Shown here: piece by piece, positions 9,320 to 19,249 of the stretch | Numbering within the stretch: the stretch's first letter is position 1 | Layout: the number at the start of each line of letters is the position of its first letter | Made by a program: the position numbers and the translations under genes | Assembly: GCA_964487135.1 (NCBI GenBank) | Contig: CAZAOU010000002.1 | Location: 934 to 64,933 of the forward strand | Length of the DNA stretch: 64,000 bases | Source of the DNA: an uncultured Candidatus Saccharibacteria bacterium | Lineage (GTDB): Bacteria > Patescibacteriota > Minisyncoccia > Phycocordibacterales > CAIRYW01 | Reading direction: 5' to 3' | Notes under the pieces: model-generated | Seen by the model: the letters and a program-made list of their open reading frames with translations, nothing else | Database searches by the model: none | Told to the model about the DNA's origin: nothing

Positions 9320-10411
9320 GTGAAAAAAACTGTTGATAAAACATTTCTTGTGAGTGTAATTACACTAAGTGTTGCTGGATTATTTATCTTTGCATCAGCA
9401 TCTCTTGGAATACTGGCAAAAAACAAAGAGCAGTTTGTCGCCATAGCAACAAATCAGGTTCTGCTTGGTTTTGTTTTGGGTATGATTGCTCTAACAGTAA
9501 CGTCCCACATTCCTTATGAAATATGGAGAAAATACTCTCTGGCACTTTTTATATCTGCTTTTGTTCTTTCGCTTTTAGTTTTTGTCCCAGGAATAGGAGT
9601 GCGCCATGGTGGAGCACTTAGGTGGATAGATTTAGGCTTTACATCATTTCAACCAAGTGAAGCATTAAAAATTGGATACATCATTTACATAGCAGCGATA
9701 CTTTCAAAATACAAAGACAAAGTAGAAAAAGCACGATACGGCCTACTTCCATTTGTGGTAATTACTGGTTTGGTAGGAACATCTCTTCTGCTTGAGCCTG
9801 ATAACGATACTTTTTTTATGACTTTTCTTGCTGGAATTTCTATGTTCATAGTTGCAGGAGCAAGAATAAAACATCTTGTATACCTTGGACTTATTGGTGT
9901 TATAGGTATAGGAGCAATTATTTATACAAGACCATATGTAAAAGACAGAATTATGACTTTTCTTGATCCCGCCAAAAACCCTCTTTCATCTGGCTACCAA
10001 GTTCAACAATCTCAAATAGCCATAGGTTCTGGAGGCATTTTAGGTAAGGGATTTGGACAAAGCACCCAAAAGTTTGGATTTCTCCCTGAACCCATTGGGG
10101 ACTCAATTTTTGCCGTTTTAAGCGAAGAATTCGGCTTTGTAGGAGGGAGCACCCTTATTATCCTATTCATTTTGTTTGCCTTAAGGGGCCTAAAAATAGC
10201 CTCGGGAAGCACGGATATGTTTGGTAGACTCTTGGCCACAGGAATTGTTATAATTATCGTGTCGGGGTCGTTTATGAATATTGCTTCAATGATAGGTATT
10301 ATGCCTCTTTCAGGAACGCCTTTATTGTTCGTAAGCCACGGCGGAACCGCACTTCTCATAGCTCTTGCTGAGGTTGGAATTATTCTTAATATTTCGCGTA
10401 AAAAACGCTAA
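9320..10411 (+). CDS. ftsW: SEDS family peptidoglycan glycosyltransferase FtsW/RodA
   Basis: GTG start; 'LGFTSFQPSEALKIGYIIYIA', 'GGILGKGFGQSTQKFGFLPEPIGDSIFAVLSEEFGFVGG'; sits between mraY and murG. Confidence 0.85.
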   Translation: MKKTVDKTFLVSVITLSVAGLFIFASASLGILAKNKEQFVAIATNQVLLGFVLGMIALTVTSHIPYEIWRKYSLALFISAFVLSLLVFVPGIGVRHGGALRWIDLGFTSFQPSEALKIGYIIYIAAILSKYKDKVEKARYGLLPFVVITGLVGTSLLLEPDNDTFFMTFLAGISMFIVAGARIKHLVYLGLIGVIGIGAIIYTRPYVKDRIMTFLDPAKNPLSSGYQVQQSQIAIGSGGILGKGFGQSTQKFGFLPEPIGDSIFAVLSEEFGFVGGSTLIILFILFALRGLKIASGSTDMFGRLLATGIVIIIVSGSFMNIASMIGIMPLSGTPLLFVSHGGTALLIALAEVGIILNISRKKR

Positions 10412-10418
10412 AACTAAA

Positions 10419-11549
10419 ATGAAAGTAGTATTTTGTGGGGGAGGCTCTGGGGGCCACTTCTATCCAATAATAGCCATAGCCGAGGCCATAAGAGATGTGG
10501 CTCACAAAAACAAATTGCTTCAAGCAAAACTGTATTATCTTGCACCCGATCCATACGATGAAGGAATGCTTTTTGATAATGAAATAGAATTTGTAAAAAT
10601 AAGAGCAGGAAAAATGCGACGTTATTTTTCTATAGCTAATTTTATTGATTCCATAAAAACAGCTTTCGGATTTATAGAAGCAATTATAAAAATATTTTTT
10701 ATATTTCCTGATGTAATTGTGAGTAAGGGAGGAATGATGAGTTTACCCGTTGTTGTTGCTGGTAGAATTTTAGGAATTCCTGTAATTATTCATGAAAGTG
10801 ATTCTGTCCCGGGACGAGCAAATTTGTTTGCATCAAAATTTGCAAAAAAAATTGCGCTTTCATTTAGCGAAGCAGGAGAATATTTTGATCAATCCAAAAC
10901 AGCTCTGACCGGAAATCCTATAAGAAAAGAACTGCTAAATCCTATTTCAGAGGGTGCCAGAGAATTTTTACATCTTGAAGATAATACTCCAGTACTTTTT
11001 ATTCTTGGAGGATCAGGTGGTGCAAAAAAAATAAACGACACAATACTTGATGCTTTGCCAGAATTAATCAAAACATTTGAAATAATTCATCAAACAGGAA
11101 AAGTTAATTTTAAAGAGGTCTCCGAAACAGCCAGCGTGTCACTAGAAACAAATGTTCACGAGCATAGATATCACCCTTTTGATTACTTAAACACTTTAAG
11201 CGAAAGAATGGTAGCAGGAGTCGCAACACTTATAATATCGCGAGGAGGTTCGCAATTATTTGAAATAGCTGCATGGGGAATACCCTCAATAATTATTCCT
11301 ATAACAGACTCAAACGGCGATCACCAAAGAAAAAACTCTTTCAATTATGCACGAAGTGGCGCCGCCGTTGTTATAGAAGAAAATAACCTAACACCCGAAA
11401 TATTACTTTCAGAAATTGATTTTTTAATGAAAAGCCCTGAAAAACAAAAACAAATGAGTGAAGCAGCAAGAAATTTTGCAAAGACCGATGCCGCATATAA
11501 AATCGCTGAACAAATAATTTCTATATCACTACAACATGAGCACTCCTAA
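10419..11549 (+). CDS. murG: undecaprenyldiphospho-muramoylpentapeptide beta-N-acetylglucosaminyltransferase
   Basis: 'MKVVFCGGGSGGHFYPIIAIAEA' (G-loop), C-terminal GT-B 'GGSGGAKKIN'; ATG at 10419 in frame within longer track ORF. Confidence 0.85.
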   Translation: MKVVFCGGGSGGHFYPIIAIAEAIRDVAHKNKLLQAKLYYLAPDPYDEGMLFDNEIEFVKIRAGKMRRYFSIANFIDSIKTAFGFIEAIIKIFFIFPDVIVSKGGMMSLPVVVAGRILGIPVIIHESDSVPGRANLFASKFAKKIALSFSEAGEYFDQSKTALTGNPIRKELLNPISEGAREFLHLEDNTPVLFILGGSGGAKKINDTILDALPELIKTFEIIHQTGKVNFKEVSETASVSLETNVHEHRYHPFDYLNTLSERMVAGVATLIISRGGSQLFEIAAWGIPSIIIPITDSNGDHQRKNSFNYARSGAAVVIEENNLTPEILLSEIDFLMKSPEKQKQMSEAARNFAKTDAAYKIAEQIISISLQHEHS

Positions 11550-12990
11550 AAAAGTAGTAACAAGATTCGCACCAAGTCCAACAGGATTTATGCATATAGG
11601 AGGGGCTAGAACCGCTCTTTTTGCTTGGGCATTTGCTCGCAAAAATAAAGGAACTTTTATATTGCGTATAGAAGATACAGACAAAAAAAGGGAAGTAGAA
11701 GGATCAATTTCTCATATTATCGAATCTCTAAAATGGTTGAAAATAAATTGGGATGAAGGTCCTGACATAGGTGGTCCCAACGCCCCTTATCTACAATCAG
11801 AAAGGCTTAGTTCGTACAAAAAATATGCACAAATTTTAGTAGACAAAGGTCTAGCTTATGCTGATCCTTATACACCAGAAGAATTGGAACGGTTTAGAAA
11901 ACAAGCTGAGGAATCAAAAAAACCCTTTCTTTATAGAAACCACAGACCAGAAAATCCTCCAACATGGGATGGTACCAAACCTTTAAGATTTAAAAATACA
12001 AATATTTGCGAGAGATCGTGGAATGATCTTGTAAGAGGAAATTTAAAAGCTGGGGTTGATGCTCTGGATGATATTATTTTGATAAAAAGCGATGGTTACC
12101 CAACATACAATTTTGCTCACATAATTGATGATTTAGAAATGGGAGTTACACACATTTTTAGAGCTGATGAATTTATATCATCGGTTCCAAATTATCTATC
12201 ATTATATGAAGCTCTAGAAATAGAGAGACCTGAATTTGTTACACTTCCTCCGATAATGGGTCCGGATGGAAATAAAAAATTAGGAAAAAGAGACGGGGCA
12301 AAAGATTTGCTTGATTATAAAAAGGAAGGATATTTACCTGACGCTGTTCGTAATTTTTTGGCATTTATAGGATGGAACCCAGGAGATAATCGTGAAATAT
12401 TGAGTAAAGAAGAGTTTATAGATTCATTTAGTATTGAAGGAATTCAAACTGGCGGAGGAAAATTTAATGAAGAGAAGCTACAGTGGTTTAACAGAGAATA
12501 CATAAAAAATGTTCCAAAATCTTTGGCTCTAGAAAAAATAAAAGAATTTGTTCCTAAAAACATTAACAACGACACTGTTTTAGAAAAATTAGTTCCAGTT
12601 ATTATTGAGAGAATAAACACATGGAACGATGTAGATAAACTCTGGCAAGAAGAATTTAATTTATTTTTTTCAGAACCCTCAGTACAAAAAGAGAATCTAA
12701 TTTGTGGAGAAAAAATGAGAAAAGGTGTTAATGTAAATTTTGAAGATATAAAAAGACACCTTGAATACATAATTGAAAAAATAAATCTATTAAAAGATTC
12801 TTTTAATCCTGAGGATGTAAAAAATATCCTATGGGATTATGCAACACAAGAGGGGAGAGGGATTGTTTTGTGGACTATGAGATATGCCCTATCAGGAAAA
12901 GAAAAATCCCCAGACCCTTTTGTTATCACTTATGTATTGGGAAAAAATGAGACAATTAATAGACTTTCCCATGCCAAAGAACTTTTATAA
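11536..12990 (+). CDS. gltX: glutamyl-tRNA synthetase
   Basis: 'VTRFAPSPTGFMHIGGARTALFAW' HIGH region, 'ILRIEDTD'; KMSKS-like 'KKLGKRDG'. Confidence 0.9.
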   Translation: MSTPKKVVTRFAPSPTGFMHIGGARTALFAWAFARKNKGTFILRIEDTDKKREVEGSISHIIESLKWLKINWDEGPDIGGPNAPYLQSERLSSYKKYAQILVDKGLAYADPYTPEELERFRKQAEESKKPFLYRNHRPENPPTWDGTKPLRFKNTNICERSWNDLVRGNLKAGVDALDDIILIKSDGYPTYNFAHIIDDLEMGVTHIFRADEFISSVPNYLSLYEALEIERPEFVTLPPIMGPDGNKKLGKRDGAKDLLDYKKEGYLPDAVRNFLAFIGWNPGDNREILSKEEFIDSFSIEGIQTGGGKFNEEKLQWFNREYIKNVPKSLALEKIKEFVPKNINNDTVLEKLVPVIIERINTWNDVDKLWQEEFNLFFSEPSVQKENLICGEKMRKGVNVNFEDIKRHLEYIIEKINLLKDSFNPEDVKNILWDYATQEGRGIVLWTMRYALSGKEKSPDPFVITYVLGKNETINRLSHAKELL

Positions 12991-14275
12991 AAAAAATAAA
13001 AAAATATCCCAAATACTAACAATCACAATATTGGCAATTTTGTTTTTTCCATTTCAATCAAATGCTTCAATAATTGACACAATAAAAGATAAGATAAAAA
13101 ATCGCGCCGAAGATATAAAACAACTAGAGCAAGATATAAAAAAATATACAGAAAACCTGAATGAAACAAAAGCCGAAAAACAAACACTGCAAAAAGATAT
13201 TTCTGAACTAACAAACACCAAGAAAAAACTTGATACAAATATTAAAACTACAGAAAAAGACATCTCCAAAACAACTTCCAATATACTTACACTGCAAGAA
13301 GAAATAGACGATAAAGAAGAAAGAATTGCTTTATTAGCTCGTTCTTTGTCTTCATCTTTTGAAAACCTACATCAAGAGGAATCAAGAGATCCGATAGAAA
13401 TCATGCTCTCAGATAGTAATGGACTAGCAGGCCTTGGAGAACTTATAGAAACTTCTGACAAATTTCATGGATCAATAAGCGACACTCGAAATGAACTAAA
13501 AGATCTTAGAGAGTCATTAAAATCAAAAAAACTAGAGGCCGAGGGAAAGAAGAAAACTTTGACCAATCTTAAAAACGAATTATCTGGACAAAAAAAATCA
13601 GTAGTAGAAACAGAAAATCAAAAAACTCAGTTACTTTCAGTAACAAAAAACAAAGAATCAAACTATCAAAAAATTTTAGAAGAAAAAATGAGATTGCGTG
13701 AAGAATTTGAAAAAGAATTATTTGATTTGGAATCAAGTCTTAAAGTTGCAATTGATCCATCAAAATATCCTGAAGCCAACAGAAATGTATTATCTTGGCC
13801 ATTACAAAATGTCTACATAACCCAACAGTTTGGTGCGACAGTTGCAGCAAAAAGACTATATGTATCTGGATCACACAATGGTATAGACCTTAGAGCGTCT
13901 GATGGAACCAAAGTTATGTCAGCACTTTCTGGAAGTGTTGAAGCCACCGGAAACACTGACATAATAAAAGGTTGTTATTCCTATGGAAAATGGATTCTAA
14001 TAAAACATCCGAACGGACTATCTACAATATACGGACACCTATCATCAATTGCCGTCTCAGCAGGAGATACAGTATCAACTGGAGACACGATAGGTTATAG
14101 CGGGAGAACCGGTTATGTAACAGGACCACATTTACACCTTTCTCTTGCCGCCTCTCAAGGTGTTAAAGTTATGGCAATCCCGTATAGTAAAAGCAAAAGT
14201 TGTGGAGGGGCAGTTATTCCTATTGCAGACCCAAGCGCATTTCTAGATCCTATTCAATATTTACCAAGACAATAA
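12971..14275 (+). CDS. M23 family metallopeptidase with N-terminal coiled-coil (EnvC-like)
   Basis: Signal/TM 'ILTITILAILFF', long coiled-coil, C-terminal LytM domain 'HNGIDLRA','GHLSSIAV','GPHLHLSL'; start chosen at Met 12971 (overlaps gltX end). Confidence 0.75.
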   Translation: MPKNFYKKNKKISQILTITILAILFFPFQSNASIIDTIKDKIKNRAEDIKQLEQDIKKYTENLNETKAEKQTLQKDISELTNTKKKLDTNIKTTEKDISKTTSNILTLQEEIDDKEERIALLARSLSSSFENLHQEESRDPIEIMLSDSNGLAGLGELIETSDKFHGSISDTRNELKDLRESLKSKKLEAEGKKKTLTNLKNELSGQKKSVVETENQKTQLLSVTKNKESNYQKILEEKMRLREEFEKELFDLESSLKVAIDPSKYPEANRNVLSWPLQNVYITQQFGATVAAKRLYVSGSHNGIDLRASDGTKVMSALSGSVEATGNTDIIKGCYSYGKWILIKHPNGLSTIYGHLSSIAVSAGDTVSTGDTIGYSGRTGYVTGPHLHLSLAASQGVKVMAIPYSKSKSCGGAVIPIADPSAFLDPIQYLPRQ

Positions 14276-14299
14276 ATTATTAGATGTTATAATTTTTAT

Positions 14300-14542
14300 A
14301 TGAAATCACAACAAGGTTTTGTAAAAACAATTATTCTTATTGTAATAGCACTAATTGTATTAAAATTTGTTTTTGGAATAAGTTTATCTGACATAATAAA
14401 TAGCCGAATCATAAAAGATATTATAGAAATATTAAGAATGCTTCTAAAACTTTTGTGGGAAGCACTGACGACAACGCTAGATTTTATAAAATTAGTTTTA
14501 ATGAAAGGTAGAGAATTTCTACAAAGTATCCCCACAAAATAG
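14300..14542 (+). CDS. small hypothetical membrane protein
   Basis: 80-aa ORF with one clear TM helix; overlapping antisense ORF 14296..14637 is less protein-like. Confidence 0.3.
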   Translation: MKSQQGFVKTIILIVIALIVLKFVFGISLSDIINSRIIKDIIEILRMLLKLLWEALTTTLDFIKLVLMKGREFLQSIPTK

Positions 14543-14594
14543 TTTCTAAATAGTTTCTTGCTTTTTAAAAGGCAAGAACTATACTTGATCCGAA

Positions 14595-14735
14595 ATGATT
14601 GATCCGAACACAGAACCAACTTCGTCTTTACCACCAAGAATTTCTGTTGCAGATGACGACGGGGAAGAACCTCTTGAGGAAAGTCTTAAAGGGAAGGAAG
14701 AGGCACCCTTAAGCGACGCGCAAGACGAAGACTAA
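14595..14735 (+). CDS. small acidic hypothetical peptide (46 aa) in a GC-rich patch
   Basis: ATG at 14595, TAA at 14733; 'MIDPNTEPTSSLPPRISVADDDGEEPLEESLKGKEEAPLSDAQDED'; below the ORF-track size cut-off. Confidence 0.15.
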   Translation: MIDPNTEPTSSLPPRISVADDDGEEPLEESLKGKEEAPLSDAQDED

Positions 14736-14794
14736 GGCAAGAAATAATCATCTTGACCTTATTTTTTTATTTTAATTAATAATTTACAATTCTA

Positions 14795-14810
14795 ATATAT
14801 TGTGCGACAT
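14795..14810 (+). repeat. 16-bp direct repeat 'atatattgtgcgacat', copy 1 (copy 2 at 15341..15356)
   Basis: Exact 16/16 identity; the two copies bracket the HAD-hydrolase ORF. Confidence 0.6.
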
Positions 14811-14821
14811 GATTTTATTTT

Positions 14822-15286
14822 ATGAAAAATAATAAATGGATCTTCTTTGATTGGGGTCGAACACTTCACGACCCTGACACTAAACACCTTTTTCCAGAAA
14901 CTTTAGATATTATTTCCCATTGTAAATCTAAAAACTATAAACTTGGAATAATTTCTTTAGCAAAACACCAAAGCGGTCAAACCAAAGAAGAAAGAACGCA
15001 AACAATTCAATCTTTTAACTTAAAACCTTATTTTGACTTCATAGAAGTAACAGATCAAAGTAAAGAGGATCTATACAAGGAGTTAATAGCTAAATTTAAG
15101 ATAAAAGCTAAAGACCTAACAGTTGTAGACGACAGAACCATAAGAGGTATTGCTTGGGGAAATAAATTTGGTGCAAAAACTATTTGGCTTAAGAGGGGAA
15201 AATTTTCTGAAGAATTGCCAAATGAAGGTACTGGTAATCCAACCCACACCATAAAAAATCTTCTGGAACTTAGGGAAGTGCTTTAA
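14822..15286 (+). CDS. HAD-superfamily hydrolase-like protein
   Basis: N-terminal 'IFFDWGRTL' (HAD motif I-like), 'VVDDR' (motif IV-like); 154 aa. Confidence 0.45.
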   Translation: MKNNKWIFFDWGRTLHDPDTKHLFPETLDIISHCKSKNYKLGIISLAKHQSGQTKEERTQTIQSFNLKPYFDFIEVTDQSKEDLYKELIAKFKIKAKDLTVVDDRTIRGIAWGNKFGAKTIWLKRGKFSEELPNEGTGNPTHTIKNLLELREVL

Positions 15287-15340
15287 CAACAATAAGTATT
15301 AGCTAAGGGCTTCTTCCTATATATTAGCATTACCAAAGAT

Positions 15341-15356
15341 ATATTGTGCGACATAC
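15341..15356 (+). repeat. 16-bp direct repeat 'atatattgtgcgacat', copy 2
   Basis: Exact match to 14795..14810. Confidence 0.6.
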
Positions 15357-15530
15357 ATAGTATCTTCCCCTGAGCATTAAAATATTCAATAAAAGACCTG
15401 TGCTCTCTCTAAAACTTGATCATTAAATAAACTATTTTTGTTTAAAAAAAATCAAAGAAAATATATTTTATAAATTTAATACAAAAAAAATACCGATTTC
15501 GCAGAAAAATTCTACTTATCGGCCTTTGAA

Positions 15531-15908
15531 TCATCGAGTTTTGATGTAGCCACGCTTCTTTTTGATAGTCGGCTCTTTTCGGTTACGCCTATAACCACTT
15601 TTTGGTGGGAAAGCCTTGTCAATCCACTGATTTAGGCATTCAGGTCTAACCTTGATGCGGCCTGTTTCAGGAATAGTTACCACAAAAACCTCCTGTGGCA
15701 CGCAAACTTGTAGATGTTGCCAGTCTGACAACCCAGCCATAGTTCTGCGACAGCTCATCAGATCCTTTACGTTAACCTCCACCCTACCTCGATTGGGAAC
15801 TTCTAAAATCAATACACAGGTCACCATTCTCGACAACGCCTTTATATGGCCATTCTGAACCATCCCAACTCGACATTCCACAACAGGAACAATTTTTTTG
15901 TATTCCAT
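15531..15908 (-). CDS. hypothetical protein, GC-rich, basic C-terminus
   Basis: 125-aa ORF, ~45% GC against a ~30% background; no recognisable motif. Confidence 0.35.
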   Translation of the reverse strand: MEYKKIVPVVECRVGMVQNGHIKALSRMVTCVLILEVPNRGRVEVNVKDLMSCRRTMAGLSDWQHLQVCVPQEVFVVTIPETGRIKVRPECLNQWIDKAFPPKSGYRRNRKEPTIKKKRGYIKTR

Positions 15909-15985
15909 AAAACTTCATTACCATGATTTCATGGATATAAAATTTTGTAAATTAATTTCAGACAAAGTGATAGAATATAAGCAAT

Positions 15986-17065
15986 ATGCACTCGTGGAAA
16001 TTTTATACAAATACTGCCGAAGCCTGGGAAGCAATGCTAGAGGCTTTAGAAAATGCAAAACACTCAATAGATCTTGAACAATATATATTTTACCTTGATG
16101 GAATAGGTTTAAAGTTTATAGATGTATTAAAAAGGCGTGCTTTGGATGGTATTTCTATAAGAGTTATATGCGACGGAGTTGGAAGTTACAGTATCTACAG
16201 AAGCAATATTCCTGAAGAATTAAGAGATCTTGGAATAAAATTTAGAATATTTAATCCTCTCCTGCCTTGGAGCCCAAACAACGAATCATGGTGGTATTTT
16301 AGAGATCACCAAAAACTTTTAATCATTGATGGAGTGATTGGCTTTACAGGAGGAATTTGCCTTGGCGAAGAAATGAAGGGTTGGCGCGAAAGCCATGTAA
16401 AAATAATAGGTCCTGCAGTTGAAGAAATGAGTAAGAGTTTTGAGCTCATGTGGCAAAAACAATACCGTAAACCACGGTACTTAATTAACAGAGCAAAGAA
16501 AGAATTTTTGATGCGACCGGAAAAAGAGTTTAGCTATGTCACAAACTATCCAATACCCGGAAAAAGATTCATGTATTATGAGCTTTTAAGAGCTATACGA
16601 AAGGCAAAAAGATACATCTATATTACCACTCCGTATTTTTTACCTGACAGGAAGTTATTAAAATCTATAAAAAAGGCGGTTCGCAGAAGAGTAGATGTTA
16701 AACTTTTAATTCCCTTTTCACCCAATCATACTTTGGCCGACATCGGAGCTAAAACTTTTTTTACAGAAGTTCTGGAAGCTAATGTAAAAATTTTTAGATA
16801 TCGATCAATGATACATTCAAAGACGGTTGTGATTGACGACTCATGGTCAACAATTGGAAGTCTAAATCTTGATAACTTAAGTCTTAAATATAATTTTGAA
16901 GCCAATCTAGTTAGCTTAAACAAAGAATTTGCCCTAGAACTTAAGAGTCAATTTATGAAAGATCTTTCATACACTGGAGAATTAACCCTAAGAGAATGGG
17001 ACAAGAGAGGTCTAAAAGAAAAAATCCTTGAATTTCTAATATTTCCGTTCCGAAAGCTAATTTAA
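15986..17065 (+). CDS. phospholipase D family protein / cardiolipin synthase-like (two HKD motifs)
   Basis: HKD-1 'FRDHQKLLIIDG', HKD-2 'IHSKTVVIDDSWSTIGSLNLD'. Confidence 0.8.
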   Translation: MHSWKFYTNTAEAWEAMLEALENAKHSIDLEQYIFYLDGIGLKFIDVLKRRALDGISIRVICDGVGSYSIYRSNIPEELRDLGIKFRIFNPLLPWSPNNESWWYFRDHQKLLIIDGVIGFTGGICLGEEMKGWRESHVKIIGPAVEEMSKSFELMWQKQYRKPRYLINRAKKEFLMRPEKEFSYVTNYPIPGKRFMYYELLRAIRKAKRYIYITTPYFLPDRKLLKSIKKAVRRRVDVKLLIPFSPNHTLADIGAKTFFTEVLEANVKIFRYRSMIHSKTVVIDDSWSTIGSLNLDNLSLKYNFEANLVSLNKEFALELKSQFMKDLSYTGELTLREWDKRGLKEKILEFLIFPFRKLI

Positions 17066-17075
17066 AATAAACAAA

Positions 17076-17106
17076 AAAACTACCCCCTATTATAGGGGGT
17101 AGTTTC
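17076..17106. terminator. bidirectional intrinsic terminator (perfect hairpin ctaccccctat/tatagggggtag)
   Basis: Palindrome flanked by A-run and T-run between convergent genes. Confidence 0.6.
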
Positions 17107-17110
17107 AATA

Positions 17111-17644
17111 TTATTTGACCGCAACAAGATTCGATCGCTTAGCCCAACATGGAGAAGAAGACTTCCATGGTGCTGCTCCCTGCTTCTCAAAGAGATATCT
17201 TGCATATTTAAGATTTCCCTCGAGAGTAAAGATATCCAGACCCATTTTCTTTGAATCTTCCAAGTGATACATTGTATTAATCTGCATCACTCCTACATCG
17301 TTTGGGTTCACTAAACCCCTAAATATAGTTCCATCTGAATTTGTTTGTCTCATTCTAGATTCGCACCATGCGATATCGTCCATGAGAGGAATGTCGCTAA
17401 AATAATTTTCAACAACTTCTCTTACCGTCTTACCTGATCCGACTTCCGGATCTTTGTAACTTCTTTCTATCTGTGAAGGTGCACTTGTTGCTGTCGCTGT
17501 GATCTCTGTCTCTACTTTTATTGTTCCTGAAGCTAAGAGACTAAGACCTGCAATGATTTCTATAATAAGCCTATTCTTAGATTGTAATCTACGCGTCCAT
17601 TTCGGTTTGTCTTTTTTAAAAAAAGACCGTGCGTAGTTGCACAA
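17111..17644 (-). CDS. membrane-anchored lysozyme-like / lytic transglycosylase-like protein
   Basis: N-terminal TM anchor; 'DIAWCESRMRQ...GLVNPNDVGVMQIN' resembles the SLT/lysozyme-like catalytic E-S and G-hMQ motifs. Confidence 0.5.
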   Translation of the reverse strand: MCNYARSFFKKDKPKWTRRLQSKNRLIIEIIAGLSLLASGTIKVETEITATATSAPSQIERSYKDPEVGSGKTVREVVENYFSDIPLMDDIAWCESRMRQTNSDGTIFRGLVNPNDVGVMQINTMYHLEDSKKMGLDIFTLEGNLKYARYLFEKQGAAPWKSSSPCWAKRSNLVAVK

Positions 17645-17860
17645 TTTAAATGACCAGAGGATATCTGGTCGGGGTATATAATAGCATTTTTGGATTAAAA
17701 AGTCAACGACAAAATGGAAAAAATCATATTAAAGTAGCCAGAAAATCCTTATTTTATAAGGATTTTCTGGCATATGGGGTTGACGCAATATACACAAATA
17801 TTGCATAATTTTTAATAAAAACCCATCACCCCAACTTCCTAGCTACATTTTAGAAATATA

Positions 17861-18445
17861 TTAAAAAGGAACCTCAAATTTTTTGTAAGAATCGTAAAAA
17901 TTCTTACCGAAAAACAATCTATAAAATGCCTCTGCTTCTATCCTAGCCCCATTTATTGCAATATGAGGATGAGATTCTGGAGGTATGCCGACGTATTCCA
18001 TAATTTTATCTGAATTTAAGTCTGATCTATTATGTGAAATTGGAGGTTTAATTCCCCTCTGCAACATATGGGAGACACATACACTATGCAAATCTATAAT
18101 TCTTTTTGGTATTGAAAAATTCAATCTAACCCTCTCAGAAGCGGCAATAATAAAACCCGTATCAAAGTGTGGATTTTGTCCCGCAACAGTATGATCTAAG
18201 ACTCCACTCATCCAATTTAAAAAATCTTTCACTATTTCTCCTTCGGTTTTTTTGGAAGAGTCATTTATTTGTTCTTCAGTAAAACCGTTTACAGAGAGTG
18301 CCTCTTTGGCAACATGGGCACCATCAAAAGCGCGACATTCCATATAAAATTCATTTTTAGGATTATCAAAATCTAAAGCCCCTATTGAAAGGATACTGTG
18401 ATACCTAGAATCTGACCCTGTTGTTTCTACATCTACTACGATCAT
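17861..18445 (-). CDS. DEDDh-family 3'-5' exonuclease (DnaQ-like)
   Basis: Exo I 'VVDVETTG', Exo II 'GQNPHFDTGFI', Exo III His/Asp near the C-terminus. Confidence 0.7.
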   Translation of the reverse strand: MIVVDVETTGSDSRYHSILSIGALDFDNPKNEFYMECRAFDGAHVAKEALSVNGFTEEQINDSSKKTEGEIVKDFLNWMSGVLDHTVAGQNPHFDTGFIIAASERVRLNFSIPKRIIDLHSVCVSHMLQRGIKPPISHNRSDLNSDKIMEYVGIPPESHPHIAINGARIEAEAFYRLFFGKNFYDSYKKFEVPF

Positions 18446-18484
18446 AAAATAAGTTTAATAGTTTTTAGTTGAGAGTTGATAGAG

Positions 18485-18889
18485 TTATTTACAACCTGAT
18501 GCCAAAGTGTAACCCGCCTTCTTGGCTTCTTCTTCACTTTTAAAGTATATCTTATTTTTTGCAGAAATTCTGTTTGCACCAGAACAATATGAAAAGTAGT
18601 ATCTAGTGCCATTTTTTGATGCTGTAATCTGGAGATTATTGTCTTTAGCATCTTGGGCCTTGAGCGTTTCTTTAGCAAAAGCCGTCTGGCTTTCCTTAGG
18701 AATTTTAAGCAAACCGGATGACAAATTTGATGAGTTTTTATAGTCTTTTTCCTCTAAGACAGATATTCTCCCTATCTCAAAACTAGAAAAAGCCACCAGA
18801 ATAACAATAATAGAGAGCCAAATCTCTCTTTTGTTATCCTGCCAAAAGGTCTTGATTTTTAATGAATATTCTTCTATAATCTTCCCCAT
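18485..18889 (-). CDS. membrane-anchored protein with C-terminal Ada-Zn-binding-like small domain
   Basis: TM 'IWLSIIVILVAFSSF'; C-terminal 'YYFSYCSGANRISAKNKIYFKSEEEAKKAGYTLASGCK' resembles the Ada N-terminal metal-binding fold; likely co-transcribed with the exonuclease. Confidence 0.45.
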   Translation of the reverse strand: MGKIIEEYSLKIKTFWQDNKREIWLSIIVILVAFSSFEIGRISVLEEKDYKNSSNLSSGLLKIPKESQTAFAKETLKAQDAKDNNLQITASKNGTRYYFSYCSGANRISAKNKIYFKSEEEAKKAGYTLASGCK

Positions 18890-18920
18890 ACCTTAATTAA
18901 CATTATAGAACATAAATTAA

Positions 18921-19193
18921 ATGGCACATAAAAAAGCCGGAGGCTCAAGTAAAAACTTAACAGATTCAGGACCACAGTATTTAGGCGTGAAGCTTTTTGA
19001 GGGTGAAACTGCAAAAACAGGGAGCATTATTGTAAGACAAAGAGGAACAAAGGTTCTTGCTGGAAGAAATGTTGGCATAGCAAAAGATCACTCACTCTTT
19101 GCTTTAGCTCCTGGAAAAGTTTCTTTTGGAGACAAAAGAAAGAAAAATTTTGACGGAACAACAACAAAGAGAAAGATTGCTCACGTAGACTAA
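18921..19193 (+). CDS. rpmA: 50S ribosomal protein L27
   Basis: '[12 protein letters not shown]...[11 protein letters not shown]' canonical L27. Confidence 0.9.
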   Translation: MAHKKAGGSSKNLTDSGPQYLGVKLFEGETAKTGSIIVRQRGTKVLAGRNVGIAKDHSLFALAPGKVSFGDKRKKNFDGTTTKRKIAHVD

Positions 19194-19204
19194 ACATTAA
19201 GACA

Positions 19205-19238
19205 AAAGCCCCGTTCGCCTAGGCGAACGGGGCTTTTT
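19205..19238. terminator. bidirectional intrinsic terminator
   Basis: 'aaaagccccgttcgcctaggcgaacggggctttttt' perfect hairpin plus T-run. Confidence 0.65.
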
Positions 19239-19249
19239 TGTTTATGTAT

